64,000 bases of DNA, from NCBI GenBank assembly GCA_040396875.1, contig JBBAWZ010000001.1, positions 110,198-174,197 on the forward strand, given 5' to 3'. Positions 38,672 to 47,466 of the stretch are shown here, piece by piece. The notes beneath the pieces are model-generated. The model saw only the letters and a list, made by a program, of their open reading frames with translations, was not told the DNA's origin and made no database searches. Source of the stretch: Bacilli bacterium. GTDB lineage: Bacteria; Bacillota_I; Bacilli_A; RFN20; CAG-826. Positions within the stretch are counted from its first letter, which is position 1; each line of letters begins with the position of its first letter. A program made the position numbers and the translations under genes.

Positions 38672-39616
38672 TTATGAACGACCAACAATCACTTCATCGA
38701 TGATATAAAATGGTCGATTTTGAGTTTCAGTAAAGACACGTGATAGATATAATGACAGGATTGAAAGCACAAAAAACAACAGCGTGAATAAAAAGAGGAT
38801 GATGTTTCCCAGGAGCCAAACAACCATGAGAATTTCAGATAATGAAAGGGTAAAGAATAAAATGAGTTGAAGCAACAAACTCAAACCAAACGTGAAAGCG
38901 ACAAACATGAAAATTTGAACAGGCCAAACAAGCGGCACGCTGGTGGTAGATGCAATCGCATCAACTGCTAACTTAAGCATGCTCTTTAAGTTATAGTGAG
39001 TTTCTCCGGCAACGCGCTTAGGACGATCAAACAAAACTTCGGTGGTCTTAAAACCAACAAAAGGTACTTCAATTCTAAAGACGCGATTACGTTCTGATAA
39101 TCGGTTCACTTCATCTGCAACTCTTCTTGAAATAAGTCTAAAGTGACCAACATTTTGGGGAATCTTAACTTTTCCAGAAAGTTTTGCAACAAATTGATAA
39201 AACTTTATCGCAGAAAAACGCTTAAAGAATGTATCTTCATGACGACCTTTTCGTTTTGCATTGACGACTTCAAATCCTTCTTCAAATTTTGAAAGTAAGG
39301 ATTGGATTAAAGTCGGTGGATCTTGTAAATCCGAATCCATGGGAATAATGGCATCCCCTTTTGCCGTTTTGATACCCGCGGCAACAGCAGGTTCATGACC
39401 AAAATTTCTAGATAAATTGACAATGATTAGATTTTTTTGGAAAGTTTGTTGAGCTTTTAATAATGCTAACGTCTGATCTTTAGACCCATCATTGACAACC
39501 ACAATTTCAAATTGATAATTTTTAATGTTTTGAAGTACTTTATTTATTTCAGCAAAAAACAAAGGAACAACTTTTTCCTCATTGTACATGGGTACGACAA
39601 TTGAGATTAATTTCAT
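38672..39616 (-). CDS. family-2 glycosyltransferase, polyprenyl-phosphate sugar transferase type (GtrB/CsbB-like)
   Basis: SIVVPMYNEE, VNDGSKD and DSDLQDPP (DxD) motifs followed by two C-terminal TM helices. Its stop lies 2 nt before the obg start. Confidence 0.85.
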   Translation of the reverse strand: MKLISIVVPMYNEEKVVPLFFAEINKVLQNIKNYQFEIVVVNDGSKDQTLALLKAQQTFQKNLIIVNLSRNFGHEPAVAAGIKTAKGDAIIPMDSDLQDPPTLIQSLLSKFEEGFEVVNAKRKGRHEDTFFKRFSAIKFYQFVAKLSGKVKIPQNVGHFRLISRRVADEVNRLSERNRVFRIEVPFVGFKTTEVLFDRPKRVAGETHYNLKSMLKLAVDAIASTTSVPLVWPVQIFMFVAFTFGLSLLLQLILFFTLSLSEILMVVWLLGNIILFLFTLLFFVLSILSLYLSRVFTETQNRPFYIIDEVIVGRS

Positions 39617-39622
39617 GGCTTA

Positions 39623-39631
39623 ATTATAACA
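39623..39631 (-). promoter_or_regulatory. extended -10 (TGTTATAAT) for the GT2-obg unit
   Basis: Minus-strand TGTTATAAT is followed by only 6 nt (TAAGCC) before ATG 39616, with no Shine-Dalgarno sequence. Confidence 0.5.
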
Positions 39632-39655
39632 AAAAAAGACCACATTAAGTGGTCT
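39630..39655 (-). terminator. intrinsic terminator after rpmA
   Basis: Minus-strand AGACCAC-TTAAT-GTGGTCT followed by TTTTTTT, 6 nt after the rpmA stop. Confidence 0.8.
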
Positions 39656-39661
39656 ATTTCT

Positions 39662-39955
39662 TTACTTTGCAGTAGCTTCTAAGACACTGACTTTCGTTCG
39701 ATCTTTTCCCCAACGTTGATATTTAACAATACCGGTTTTGGTTGCAAAGATTGTGTCATCGCCACCTTTTTTGGTATTCAATCCTGGATAAATTCTTGTA
39801 CCGCGTTGGCGATAAATAACACTTCCAGCAGAAACGGTTTGACCGTCTGATGCTTTTGCACCTAATCTACGACCAGCAGAATCTCTTCCGTTCGTGGTTG
39901 AACCGACACCTTTTTTCGATGCAAATTGTTGAAGATTTAATTTAAATAAATTCAT
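39662..39955 (-). CDS. rpmA: 50S ribosomal protein L27 (with cleavable N-terminal extension)
   Basis: [26 protein letters not shown]. This is the Firmicute-type propeptide removed by Prp. Confidence 0.95.
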   Translation of the reverse strand: MNLFKLNLQQFASKKGVGSTTNGRDSAGRRLGAKASDGQTVSAGSVIYRQRGTRIYPGLNTKKGGDDTIFATKTGIVKYQRWGKDRTKVSVLEATAK

Positions 39956-40266
39956 ACGTTTTCCTCCTTGGTTTGGATGCGAATGTATTTAGGATAATCA
40001 TTCGCGATAGTTTGTAATTGCGTTGATATGACATGAAGAACGGATTGATTTTCTAGGTTTTGAAGATTGGTGATTTGAATTTCACTTAAACCCTCAATAT
40101 TTTTAACTTTGACTGCCTTGAGATTCAAAGCATTAATCCCACCTGTCATGACTGCGGAGACCGCAGCACACACAAGATCTTCTCCGTAAGGGGCGCTATG
40201 AGCATGACCGGTCACTTTCATCATTCGATAGAGTTGTTTACTACGGATGATGGTGACTTGAATCAT
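39952..40266 (-). CDS. prp: ribosomal-processing cysteine protease Prp
   Basis: 104 aa between rplU and rpmA, GHA...VCAAVS catalytic His/Cys pattern. Confidence 0.85.
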   Translation of the reverse strand: MIQVTIIRSKQLYRMMKVTGHAHSAPYGEDLVCAAVSAVMTGGINALNLKAVKVKNIEGLSEIQITNLQNLENQSVLHVISTQLQTIANDYPKYIRIQTKEENV

Positions 40267-40273
40267 AATCTAA

Positions 40274-40582
40274 TTACCCGTTGATGGATTCGATTACTAA
40301 GCTCGTGTAAGGTTGACGATGACCTAACGTGCGACGAACGTTGTGTTTAGATTTATAAGTAAAAACTGTAAGTTTTTTACTTAATCCTTGCTTTTCAACC
40401 TTCGCTGTTACCGAAGCACCCTTAATGGTTGGATTACCAACCTTTACGGTTTTGTCGGCGACCAAAAGCACTTGGTCAAACGTGACCTTTGCCCCTGGTT
40501 CAGCAGTAAGTTTCTCAACGAAAATCTTTTGACCAACTTCGACACGAAGTTGCTTACCACCAGTGATGATGATTGCGTACAT
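40274..40582 (-). CDS. rplU: 50S ribosomal protein L21
   Basis: [19 protein letters not shown]-terminus, 102 aa. Confidence 0.95.
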   Translation of the reverse strand: MYAIIITGGKQLRVEVGQKIFVEKLTAEPGAKVTFDQVLLVADKTVKVGNPTIKGASVTAKVEKQGLSKKLTVFTYKSKHNVRRTLGHRQPYTSLVIESING

Positions 40583-40675
40583 AAAAACCTCCTTTTCACT
40601 CAGACTCGCTCTGACGGTCCATCTTTCGATGTGTTCAATACCTTGAGAGGCGGTTGTAGCTCGTGAGGCAACAAC
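40583..40675 (-). promoter_or_regulatory. candidate ribosomal-protein L21 leader (structured 5' UTR)
   Basis: About 93-nt UTR between the promoter and rplU with hairpins GTTGT...ACAAC and TCAGA-GCGAG-TCTGA, plus a CCTCT segment that could pair with the Shine-Dalgarno sequence. An L21 leader is known upstream of rplU-prp-rpmA in low-GC Gram-positives. I could not verify homology. Confidence 0.4.
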
Positions 40676-40681
40676 GTTAGT

Positions 40682-40710
40682 AATATAGCATAACGCTGAT
40701 TTATCGTCAA
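40682..40710 (-). promoter_or_regulatory. sigma-A type promoter for rplU-prp-rpmA
   Basis: Minus-strand TTGACG, a 17-nt spacer, then TATATT. Confidence 0.6.
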
Positions 40711-40717
40711 CGAAAAC

Positions 40718-41401
40718 TCATATGATTTTTTGCTGTTTCATCGAGAAATAACCTTGAAAAGAAATGATCAAATGGTCGATGAGGTGAAAACCCAATTTTT
40801 CGCCTTCTCTTTTGATGGCAATCGTCGTATGAATGTCTTCTTGAGAGGGGGTGACATCGCCTGATGGATGGTTGTGAAGTAAAAGAAACTTTTTTGTGTC
40901 GGTTTTTAACAGATCAACAAACAAGTCACGATAATCTAGTTGGAGTGATGCTTGCGAGCCAAGGCGAAAGAGAGTTTCACTTTTATATTGATATTGGTGA
41001 TTTAATTTAACAATGATTAATTGCTCGTGCAAAAGACTACCTAATCGCAATCGATAACATTGATAGACTTTGCTTGGATCATTGAGTTTTACTTGAGGGA
41101 GTTCTTGTTTTTCTAAACGTTGAAATAGTTCAAACATTCCAAGTAATTGAATGGCTTTGGTTCTTTGAATTCCTGGAATCGATAACCATTCATGAAGTGG
41201 AATTTTCATCAATGCTACTAAGCTTCCATACTTGTTTATCAGCATTTCAGCAATAGAAAGGGCGGAGTGCCCTTTCACACCTGATCCAATCATCAAGGCT
41301 ATGAGTTCTTGACTTGATAATTGTTTGACACCATACGCGAATGCTTTTTCTCTTGGACGCTCTAAGGGCGCAAGATCGGCGATGCGTTTATTTCCACTCA
41401 A
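40718..41401 (-). CDS. radC: RadC-family JAMM protein
   Basis: PLERPREKAFAYGVKQLSSQELIALMIGSG N-terminus and HNHPSG JAMM motif. The track ORF extends to ATG 41482, but that extension is not RadC-like and overlaps a better small ORF. TTG 41401 (or GTG 41413) is preferred. Confidence 0.85.
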   Translation of the reverse strand: MSGNKRIADLAPLERPREKAFAYGVKQLSSQELIALMIGSGVKGHSALSIAEMLINKYGSLVALMKIPLHEWLSIPGIQRTKAIQLLGMFELFQRLEKQELPQVKLNDPSKVYQCYRLRLGSLLHEQLIIVKLNHQYQYKSETLFRLGSQASLQLDYRDLFVDLLKTDTKKFLLLHNHPSGDVTPSQEDIHTTIAIKREGEKLGFHLIDHLIISFQGYFSMKQQKII

Positions 41402-41564
41402 ACTGGAAACCACCAGGAATCGTAGCCTTTCCACTTGAGGACATAAAAATTCGATAAACAATGACAGCGGAAATCGCAACAATCATAATGGCCATTACTG
41501 CAGCTAAAGAAACTGGTTCACCACCCTTGAGGGTTGTTAGTTCTTCTAAACTCAATTCTTCCAC
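41388..41564 (-). CDS. candidate 58-aa peptide with double-glycine-type leader and one hydrophobic helix
   Basis: Absent from the track. GTG 41564 with AGGAGG 7 nt upstream. Translation (M)EELSLEELTTLKGGEPVSLAAVMAIMIVAISAVIVYRIFMSSSGKATIPGGFQFEWK. Its TAA lies inside the radC start region. Confidence 0.45.
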   Translation of the reverse strand: MEELSLEELTTLKGGEPVSLAAVMAIMIVAISAVIVYRIFMSSSGKATIPGGFQFEWK

Positions 41565-41605
41565 ACATATGCCTCCTATTTTTCAATAGAGGCCATAAAT
41601 TAACT

Positions 41606-44203
41606 TTAGAACTTTAGGGTTTCAAGTTTGGCTTTGGTTTCATCATATTGACGTTGATATAAAGCAAGTTTATCCTTTTCTTCTTTTATTTTTTGTGCCG
41701 GGGCTTTTTCTAGAAACCTTGGATTAGAAAGCATTTGTTTTGCCCGTTGGATTTCTGCAACTAATTCATTCAGTGTTTGGGTTAATTGCGCCTTCATTTT
41801 AATTGGATCAATCAACTCTTCAATCACCATGGATCCTTTAGCATACAAATAACTCGACATGGTAGGTGTTTTAACTTGATTGACTGGGAGCTTTTGTACC
41901 GTTGAAAAACTAAATCTTTCAATGTAAGGAAGGATGGTGTTGTAAATTTGTTCTGGTTGAGCAGCAATGCTTAATTTGAGTTTTGCATTGGGTGGTAATT
42001 GATGCTCTACTTTATAAGTACGAATGTCACTAATCATACTTTGAACAAGCGTAAAACTAGGATCTTCTTGACCTAAAACCATCGATGTTGGATACAATTC
42101 CATATAAATCGAAGCTTGATGTTGCGGTAATTGTTGATAAATACTTTCTGTGATGAAAGGCGCGAACGGATGAAGAATAATGAGGATAGACTTTAATATA
42201 TGATGGAGCACGTTCAATGTAGTTTGTTTACTTACTGCATCTTCCCGACTTAACGTTACTTTTGAAAACTCCAAATACCAAGAACAAAAATCATCATAGA
42301 CAAAGTTATAAATAACCGTTGAAGCAAAACCTATTTCATACTTTAATAAATTAGATTTCACTTGATCTAACACTTGATTCAAACGTTGCAGAATGCCTAT
42401 TTGAATCCCATCCAAATGTTCCTTAAGGATACGAGTGGGTTTAAAATTCTCAGGTAAATAACTCAAAATAAAGCGAGCAGAATTCCAAATCTTATTTAAA
42501 TAATTAGCCTGAGATTCTACTTTTTCTTCTATATATCTCGTATCTTGACCAGGACTTGAGTTGGTCGCTAAATAAATACGAAGCGCATCGGTTCCATATT
42601 GGTCAATCACTTTAATCGGATCGACACCGTTGCCTAAAGATTTTGACATTTTTCGTCCTTGTGAATCACGAATAATGCCATGAATCAAAACATCATGAAA
42701 GGGTTTTTTACCTAAAAAATGTAGTGATTGAAATGCCATTCTAGCAACCCAAAAGAAAATAATGTCGTACCCGGTTACCATGGTGGATGTGGGAAAATAA
42801 TCTTTAAGTAATTGATTAGAATTGGGCCAGCCTAATGTAGAAAATGGCCATAATGCAGAAGAAAACCATGTGTCAAGAACGTCGACATCTTGTTCATAAT
42901 CTTGAATGTTTTTAGGCGCTTCAACACCAACAAAAATATCTCCGGTCTTTTTATGGTACCAAGCTGGGATTTGATGACCCCACCAAAGTTGTCGAGAAAT
43001 ACACCAGTCTTCAACTTTTTCCATCCATTGTTGTAACGTTTGTTCAAAACGATTAGGAAAGAAACGAATTTTGTCGTCGCTAGCTTGAAGGGCAAGAACT
43101 TTTTCTGCCAACGGTTTCATTTTTACAAACCATTGTTTTGAAAGATAGGGTTCAACAATGGCATCGCTGCGTTCACTATGGCCAACAGCATGTTTAATGG
43201 GTTCAATTTTTTCAAGGTTGCCTTGTTGTTCCATATAACGCACAAGTTGTTTTCGTGCTTCAAATCGATCTAATCCTTTAAATTGATGACCGCGTTCGTT
43301 AATCGTACCGTCTTTTTCAATACACATCGGCCGTTCAAGTTTATGACGTTCAGATATCGCAAAGTCATTCGCGTCATGAGCTGGCGTGCATTTCATGACG
43401 CCAGTTCCGAATGACGTATCGACATAGTCATCCGCAATAATGGGAATACTTTGTCCATTACTTGGATTGATTGCGCGCTTACCAATTAACTTTACATATC
43501 TTTGATCTTGAGGATTAACCACCAAGGCTACGTCTGCAAACATGGTTTCAGGACGGGTGGTGGCAACCACTAATGTTTGAGAACCATCTACTAAACGATA
43601 ACGGCAATAATAAAGGTTGCCTTCAATTTCTTTATGGATGACTTCAACATTGCTTAATGCCGTTCTTTGTTCGGGATCCCAATTGATAATTCGTTCTCCA
43701 CGATATATTAAACCTTCACGATAAAGCTTGATGAACACTTCCTTTACGGCATTAGAAAGACCCTCATCCAAAGTAAAACGTTCTAAATCATAATTTAATG
43801 CTAATCCTAATTTAGCCCATTGGCGACGAATATTTAATGCATACTCATCTTTCCATTTCCACATTTCTTTTAAGAAATTTTCTCGGCCTAAATCATAACG
43901 AGATATGCCTTTTTCTCTCAGTTTATTTTCAACCACCGCTTGCGTGGCAATCCCCGCATGATCCATCCCGGGTAAATAAATGACATCTTTTCCCAAGCTA
44001 TGATGAAAGCGAATCAAAATATCTTGAAGGGTATTATCCCAAGCATGACCTAAGTGTAATTTACCTGTAACGTTAGGTGGAGGAATGACAATGGTATATT
44101 TTTCTTTTCGATTGGGTTGAATACCAAATAATCGAAGTTTCAGCCAATGCTCATACTTTCCTTCTTCAACTTCTTGATGGTTATATCGTTTTGCAAGTTC
44201 CAT
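41606..44203 (-). CDS. valS: valine--tRNA ligase
   Basis: 865 aa, HLGHAW (HIGH), KMSKS, CP1 editing domain, C-terminal coiled coil. Confidence 0.95.
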   Translation of the reverse strand: MELAKRYNHQEVEEGKYEHWLKLRLFGIQPNRKEKYTIVIPPPNVTGKLHLGHAWDNTLQDILIRFHHSLGKDVIYLPGMDHAGIATQAVVENKLREKGISRYDLGRENFLKEMWKWKDEYALNIRRQWAKLGLALNYDLERFTLDEGLSNAVKEVFIKLYREGLIYRGERIINWDPEQRTALSNVEVIHKEIEGNLYYCRYRLVDGSQTLVVATTRPETMFADVALVVNPQDQRYVKLIGKRAINPSNGQSIPIIADDYVDTSFGTGVMKCTPAHDANDFAISERHKLERPMCIEKDGTINERGHQFKGLDRFEARKQLVRYMEQQGNLEKIEPIKHAVGHSERSDAIVEPYLSKQWFVKMKPLAEKVLALQASDDKIRFFPNRFEQTLQQWMEKVEDWCISRQLWWGHQIPAWYHKKTGDIFVGVEAPKNIQDYEQDVDVLDTWFSSALWPFSTLGWPNSNQLLKDYFPTSTMVTGYDIIFFWVARMAFQSLHFLGKKPFHDVLIHGIIRDSQGRKMSKSLGNGVDPIKVIDQYGTDALRIYLATNSSPGQDTRYIEEKVESQANYLNKIWNSARFILSYLPENFKPTRILKEHLDGIQIGILQRLNQVLDQVKSNLLKYEIGFASTVIYNFVYDDFCSWYLEFSKVTLSREDAVSKQTTLNVLHHILKSILIILHPFAPFITESIYQQLPQHQASIYMELYPTSMVLGQEDPSFTLVQSMISDIRTYKVEHQLPPNAKLKLSIAAQPEQIYNTILPYIERFSFSTVQKLPVNQVKTPTMSSYLYAKGSMVIEELIDPIKMKAQLTQTLNELVAEIQRAKQMLSNPRFLEKAPAQKIKEEKDKLALYQRQYDETKAKLETLKF

Positions 44204-44412
44204 AATTTCCTCCTAGAAATAAAAAAACGTCCTCAGATAAGGACGCAGTTGATGCGTGGTACCACCTTAATTCATGCTATTTAGCATGCACTCAATCCTC
44301 TTATCGCGAGGTGACGTTGATGAGGCGATAAACGACTTCCATCATGTTCTTTAACCTGCTTTCATCCACTCAGGCTTTCTAAGTAAAGAAGAGACGATGT
44401 ACTCTTTTTATC
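44204..44412 (-). promoter_or_regulatory. T-box riboswitch leader, valine specifier (GUC)
   Basis: Minus strand has the T-box core AATTAAGGTGGTACCACGC (44254-44272), a specifier-loop GAA-GUC-G (GUC at 44336-44334), the terminator GCGTCC-TTATCTGA-GGACGT plus T7 (44215-44246), and TATAAT at 44419-44424. Confidence 0.85.
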
Positions 44413-44431
44413 ATTCAAATTATACAACAAA

Positions 44432-45025
44432 TCATTCACTTTTTGCTTTAGGATTTGAAATATATCCTTGGATTTGTTCTTTTAATTTTTGGATGAGACG
44501 TGGATTATCACGACTGACAAAAGCATAATCTTGTGTTGGTAAACCTAGTGTTTTTAGTTGCTTTAAGAGTGCTGCTTGCTCTTTTTGATTTAAGACATCG
44601 ATCTTTGTAAACACAATTAAAACATTCATGAAGCGATTTAATTCTTGGATAAAGACGACATCCGTTTCTAAGACTTCACGCCTGCTATCCATGAGGTAAA
44701 GACCTAATTTAGGTTTCGCTTCTGAAAAATAAGGTTGCATAAGTTCGGCAAACCGTTGCATTTCTTGTTTACCATATTGGGTATAACCAAATCCGGGTGC
44801 ATCCACCAAATAAAGTTGATGATCGACCATATAGTAATTCAGATGCCGTGTTTTTCCTGGTGTTGCCGACGTTTTAGCAAGTTTTTTTTGACCGGTAAGG
44901 GCATTAATTAAACTACTTTTACCAACATTGGAGCGACCAATCAGAATAATTTCTGGTAAAGAAAAACGGGGGCGGTCTTCGACCCGCACCACCGTTTTAA
45001 CAAAGGTTGTTTTTTGAAAATCCAT
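44432..45025 (-). CDS. engB: ribosome biogenesis GTPase EngB/YsxC
   Basis: GRSNVGKSSLINAL, DAPGFGY, TKID. Follows lon as in B. subtilis. Confidence 0.9.
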   Translation of the reverse strand: MDFQKTTFVKTVVRVEDRPRFSLPEIILIGRSNVGKSSLINALTGQKKLAKTSATPGKTRHLNYYMVDHQLYLVDAPGFGYTQYGKQEMQRFAELMQPYFSEAKPKLGLYLMDSRREVLETDVVFIQELNRFMNVLIVFTKIDVLNQKEQAALLKQLKTLGLPTQDYAFVSRDNPRLIQKLKEQIQGYISNPKAKSE

Positions 45026-47352
45026 TACGCTTTCACCGAAGCAGAAAGGGTAACTTCAATCGCTTCATCGACATTTTTAACATAAATTATCTTGAGGTTT
45101 TCTTTAACTTCTTTTGCTAAATCATCGACATTCTTTTTGTTTTCTTCTGGAATTAATACCGTTTTAATGCCGCTACGTAATGCAGCAATAGTTTTTTCTC
45201 TTAAACCACCAATCGCTAGAACGTTACCCCTTAAGGTAACTTCACCGGTCATGGCAACTTCACTCGAAGCTTGACGTCCCGTTAATGCAGAAATAATGGC
45301 AACACTCATGGTCACACCTGCAGAAGGTCCATCTTTGGGAACAGCGCCTTCAGGAATGTGAATATGAATATCGCGTTCTTTAAACATCTTCGAATCAATA
45401 CCATATTTTGTGGCATTGGCTTGAATATAGTCCAAGGCAATGGTTGCAGATTCTTTCATGACATCGCCAAGTTTACCGGTTAAGACTAATCGTCCAGAAC
45501 CCGGGAAATGATTGACTTCGATTGGAAGAATATCGCCACCGTATTGGGTATAGGCTAATCCTGTGACAACACCAACTTGCGAAGTTTTTTCTTTTTTCGA
45601 GTTATCAAAAATTTCAACACCTAAATATTTTCTAACAACAGCAGGCGTCACTTTGATTGAGGTAATCTTCGTGTCTTTGAGAAGATCGACCACAGCTTTA
45701 CGGCAAATACTGGCAATCTTTCTTTCGAGTTCACGAACCCCTGCTTCACGCGTATAGAATTCAATAATGGCAGATAATGCTTCTTTGGAAAAAGAGATTT
45801 GTTCTTTCTTTAAACCGTTTGCCAATAATTGCTTTTCAATTAAATGCCGATTGGCAATTTCAATTTTTTCCACTTCTGTGTAAGAGTTGACTTCAATTAA
45901 CTCTAATCGATCACGAAGCGGTGCTGGAATATCTTCTAAATAGTTAGCAGTGGCAATAAACATGACATTGCTTAAATCATATGGTTCTTCAATATAGTTG
46001 TCGTTAAATCCAAAGTTTTGTTCAGGATCTAACACTTCTAATAATGCGGAAGCTGGATCACCTTTATAGGAAGATGCTAGTTTATCGACTTCATCTAATA
46101 AAAAGACAGGATTGATCACACCTGATTTTTTCATCCCATTGAGGATACGGCCTGGCATAGAACCTACGTAGGTACGGCGGTGACCACGAATTTCAGCTTC
46201 GTCACTAATACCACCGAGGGAAGCCTTAAAAAACTTACGACCTAAGGCACGGGCAATCGAGCGTGCTAAAGAGGTTTTACCCACCCCTGGCGGCCCGTAG
46301 AAACATAAAATAGGAGCCTTTAAGCTACCCGTCATTTTCTTGACTGCTAAGTATTCAATAATGCGTTTCTTTACTTTTTCAAGGCCATAATGATCAGCAT
46401 CTAAAATGGTTTGAACATTCACGAGATCATCATTATCGCTGGTACGTTGCCACCATGGTAAATCGAGCATTAATTCAACATAAGATTTAATAAGGGATGC
46501 TTCTAAACTACTTGAAGGCATCATTTCGCCACGCTTTAATTCCGCTCTTACCTTCGCTTTGACGTGGTCGGGATACTGACCTGATTCTAAGCGTTTTAAT
46601 AATGATTCTTCTGAATCTGAAGATTCTGGATTTTCGCCTAATTCCGTTTTAATCGCTTTTAGTTTTTCTCTTAAAAAGTATTCTCTTTGATTTTTTTCTG
46701 CGGACTTTCTGACTTCTTCTTGTAAATGCTTGTCAATATCAGCGATTTCTTTTTCTTCATTGACTGCGTCTAAGACCATTTTTAAGCGTTCATTTAATTC
46801 TAGGGTTTCTAAAACCTTTTGTTTTTGATCCACAGGCATTGGTAATAAGTTAGCTAAAATATCTGCAATATCCGTTGCAGCAACGCCCTTCGATAATTGC
46901 CCAATCACTTCTCTTGGTAGACGATTGGTGACAGCTTGCATACCTTCAAGGGAAGTAATAATGTTTCGGACCAACGCGACTTCGGTTTTGTGATCGCCGA
47001 TAACATCTTCAAGTTTTTCAGCTTTCGCAGTCCATGTATCGCCTGCTTTATTAATTTCAGTAATGAGAACACGGGCAATTGGTAAAACCTTTAATCGGGT
47101 GTAACGTTTTAAGGATGTGATATTAGACATTCTGCAGATGGTTCCGACCATGAAAACATCACTGGTGGCAGGTTCATCAATTTCGGGTGACTTTTGAGAG
47201 GTGACCAAAATCAGATCATTACCGTCAACTTTTGCAGCATCTATTGCAGCAACTGAAAATGGGCGACCAGCTTCTATCGATTGGGCTTGGTTTGGAAACA
47301 ACACCATGCCCCGAGTAATTAACAAGGGTAATTGATAGGTTTCTTTTTTCAT
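45025..47352 (-). CDS. lon: ATP-dependent protease Lon
   Basis: LON N-domain, GPPGVGKTS Walker A, catalytic DGPSAG. ATG 47352 (MKKETYQLPLL) has TGGAGGA upstream. The track start is an upstream TTG. Confidence 0.95.
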   Translation of the reverse strand: MKKETYQLPLLITRGMVLFPNQAQSIEAGRPFSVAAIDAAKVDGNDLILVTSQKSPEIDEPATSDVFMVGTICRMSNITSLKRYTRLKVLPIARVLITEINKAGDTWTAKAEKLEDVIGDHKTEVALVRNIITSLEGMQAVTNRLPREVIGQLSKGVAATDIADILANLLPMPVDQKQKVLETLELNERLKMVLDAVNEEKEIADIDKHLQEEVRKSAEKNQREYFLREKLKAIKTELGENPESSDSEESLLKRLESGQYPDHVKAKVRAELKRGEMMPSSSLEASLIKSYVELMLDLPWWQRTSDNDDLVNVQTILDADHYGLEKVKKRIIEYLAVKKMTGSLKAPILCFYGPPGVGKTSLARSIARALGRKFFKASLGGISDEAEIRGHRRTYVGSMPGRILNGMKKSGVINPVFLLDEVDKLASSYKGDPASALLEVLDPEQNFGFNDNYIEEPYDLSNVMFIATANYLEDIPAPLRDRLELIEVNSYTEVEKIEIANRHLIEKQLLANGLKKEQISFSKEALSAIIEFYTREAGVRELERKIASICRKAVVDLLKDTKITSIKVTPAVVRKYLGVEIFDNSKKEKTSQVGVVTGLAYTQYGGDILPIEVNHFPGSGRLVLTGKLGDVMKESATIALDYIQANATKYGIDSKMFKERDIHIHIPEGAVPKDGPSAGVTMSVAIISALTGRQASSEVAMTGEVTLRGNVLAIGGLREKTIAALRSGIKTVLIPEENKKNVDDLAKEVKENLKIIYVKNVDEAIEVTLSASVKA

Positions 47353-47365
47353 AAAATTCCTCCAT

Positions 47366-47392
47366 TTAGCAAACAATTGTTTTGAGTGCTAA
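47366..47392 (-). promoter_or_regulatory. CIRCE-like HrcA operator 2 (promoter-proximal)
   Basis: Minus-strand TTAGCACTC-N9-GTTTGCTAA. The left arm is a perfect consensus and the right arm matches GAGTGCTAA at 7/9. Confidence 0.6.
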
Positions 47393-47396
47393 AAAC

Positions 47397-47405
47397 ATTA
47401 TAACA
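47397..47405 (-). promoter_or_regulatory. extended -10 (TGTTATAAT) of the lon promoter
   Basis: Sits between the two CIRCE elements. Confidence 0.6.
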
Positions 47406-47411
47406 AGGATT

Positions 47412-47438
47412 TTAGCACTTGCAAGTGATAAGTGCTAA
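47412..47438 (-). promoter_or_regulatory. CIRCE HrcA operator 1
   Basis: Perfect inverted repeat TTAGCACTT-N9-AAGTGCTAA (consensus TTAGCACTC-N9-GAGTGCTAA, with one compensated change). Confidence 0.8.
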
Positions 47439-47466
47439 GGTTGTAGAAAGTCCGATAGAATTAGGA

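Noticed and set aside
41402-41482. N-terminal extension of the radC ORF (MLRFPLSLFIEFLCPQVERLRFLVVSS)
   Set aside because: It is not RadC-like and has no Shine-Dalgarno sequence. It overlaps, in another frame, the Shine-Dalgarno-preceded 58-codon ORF. RadC homology begins at about SGNKRIADLAPLERPREK.
41518-41568. 16-codon ATG ORF (MCGRIEFRRTNNPQGW) starting 3 nt after the AGGAGG
   Set aside because: The spacing to the Shine-Dalgarno sequence is too short (3 nt). The GTG frame 4 nt downstream has ideal spacing and a far more protein-like product.
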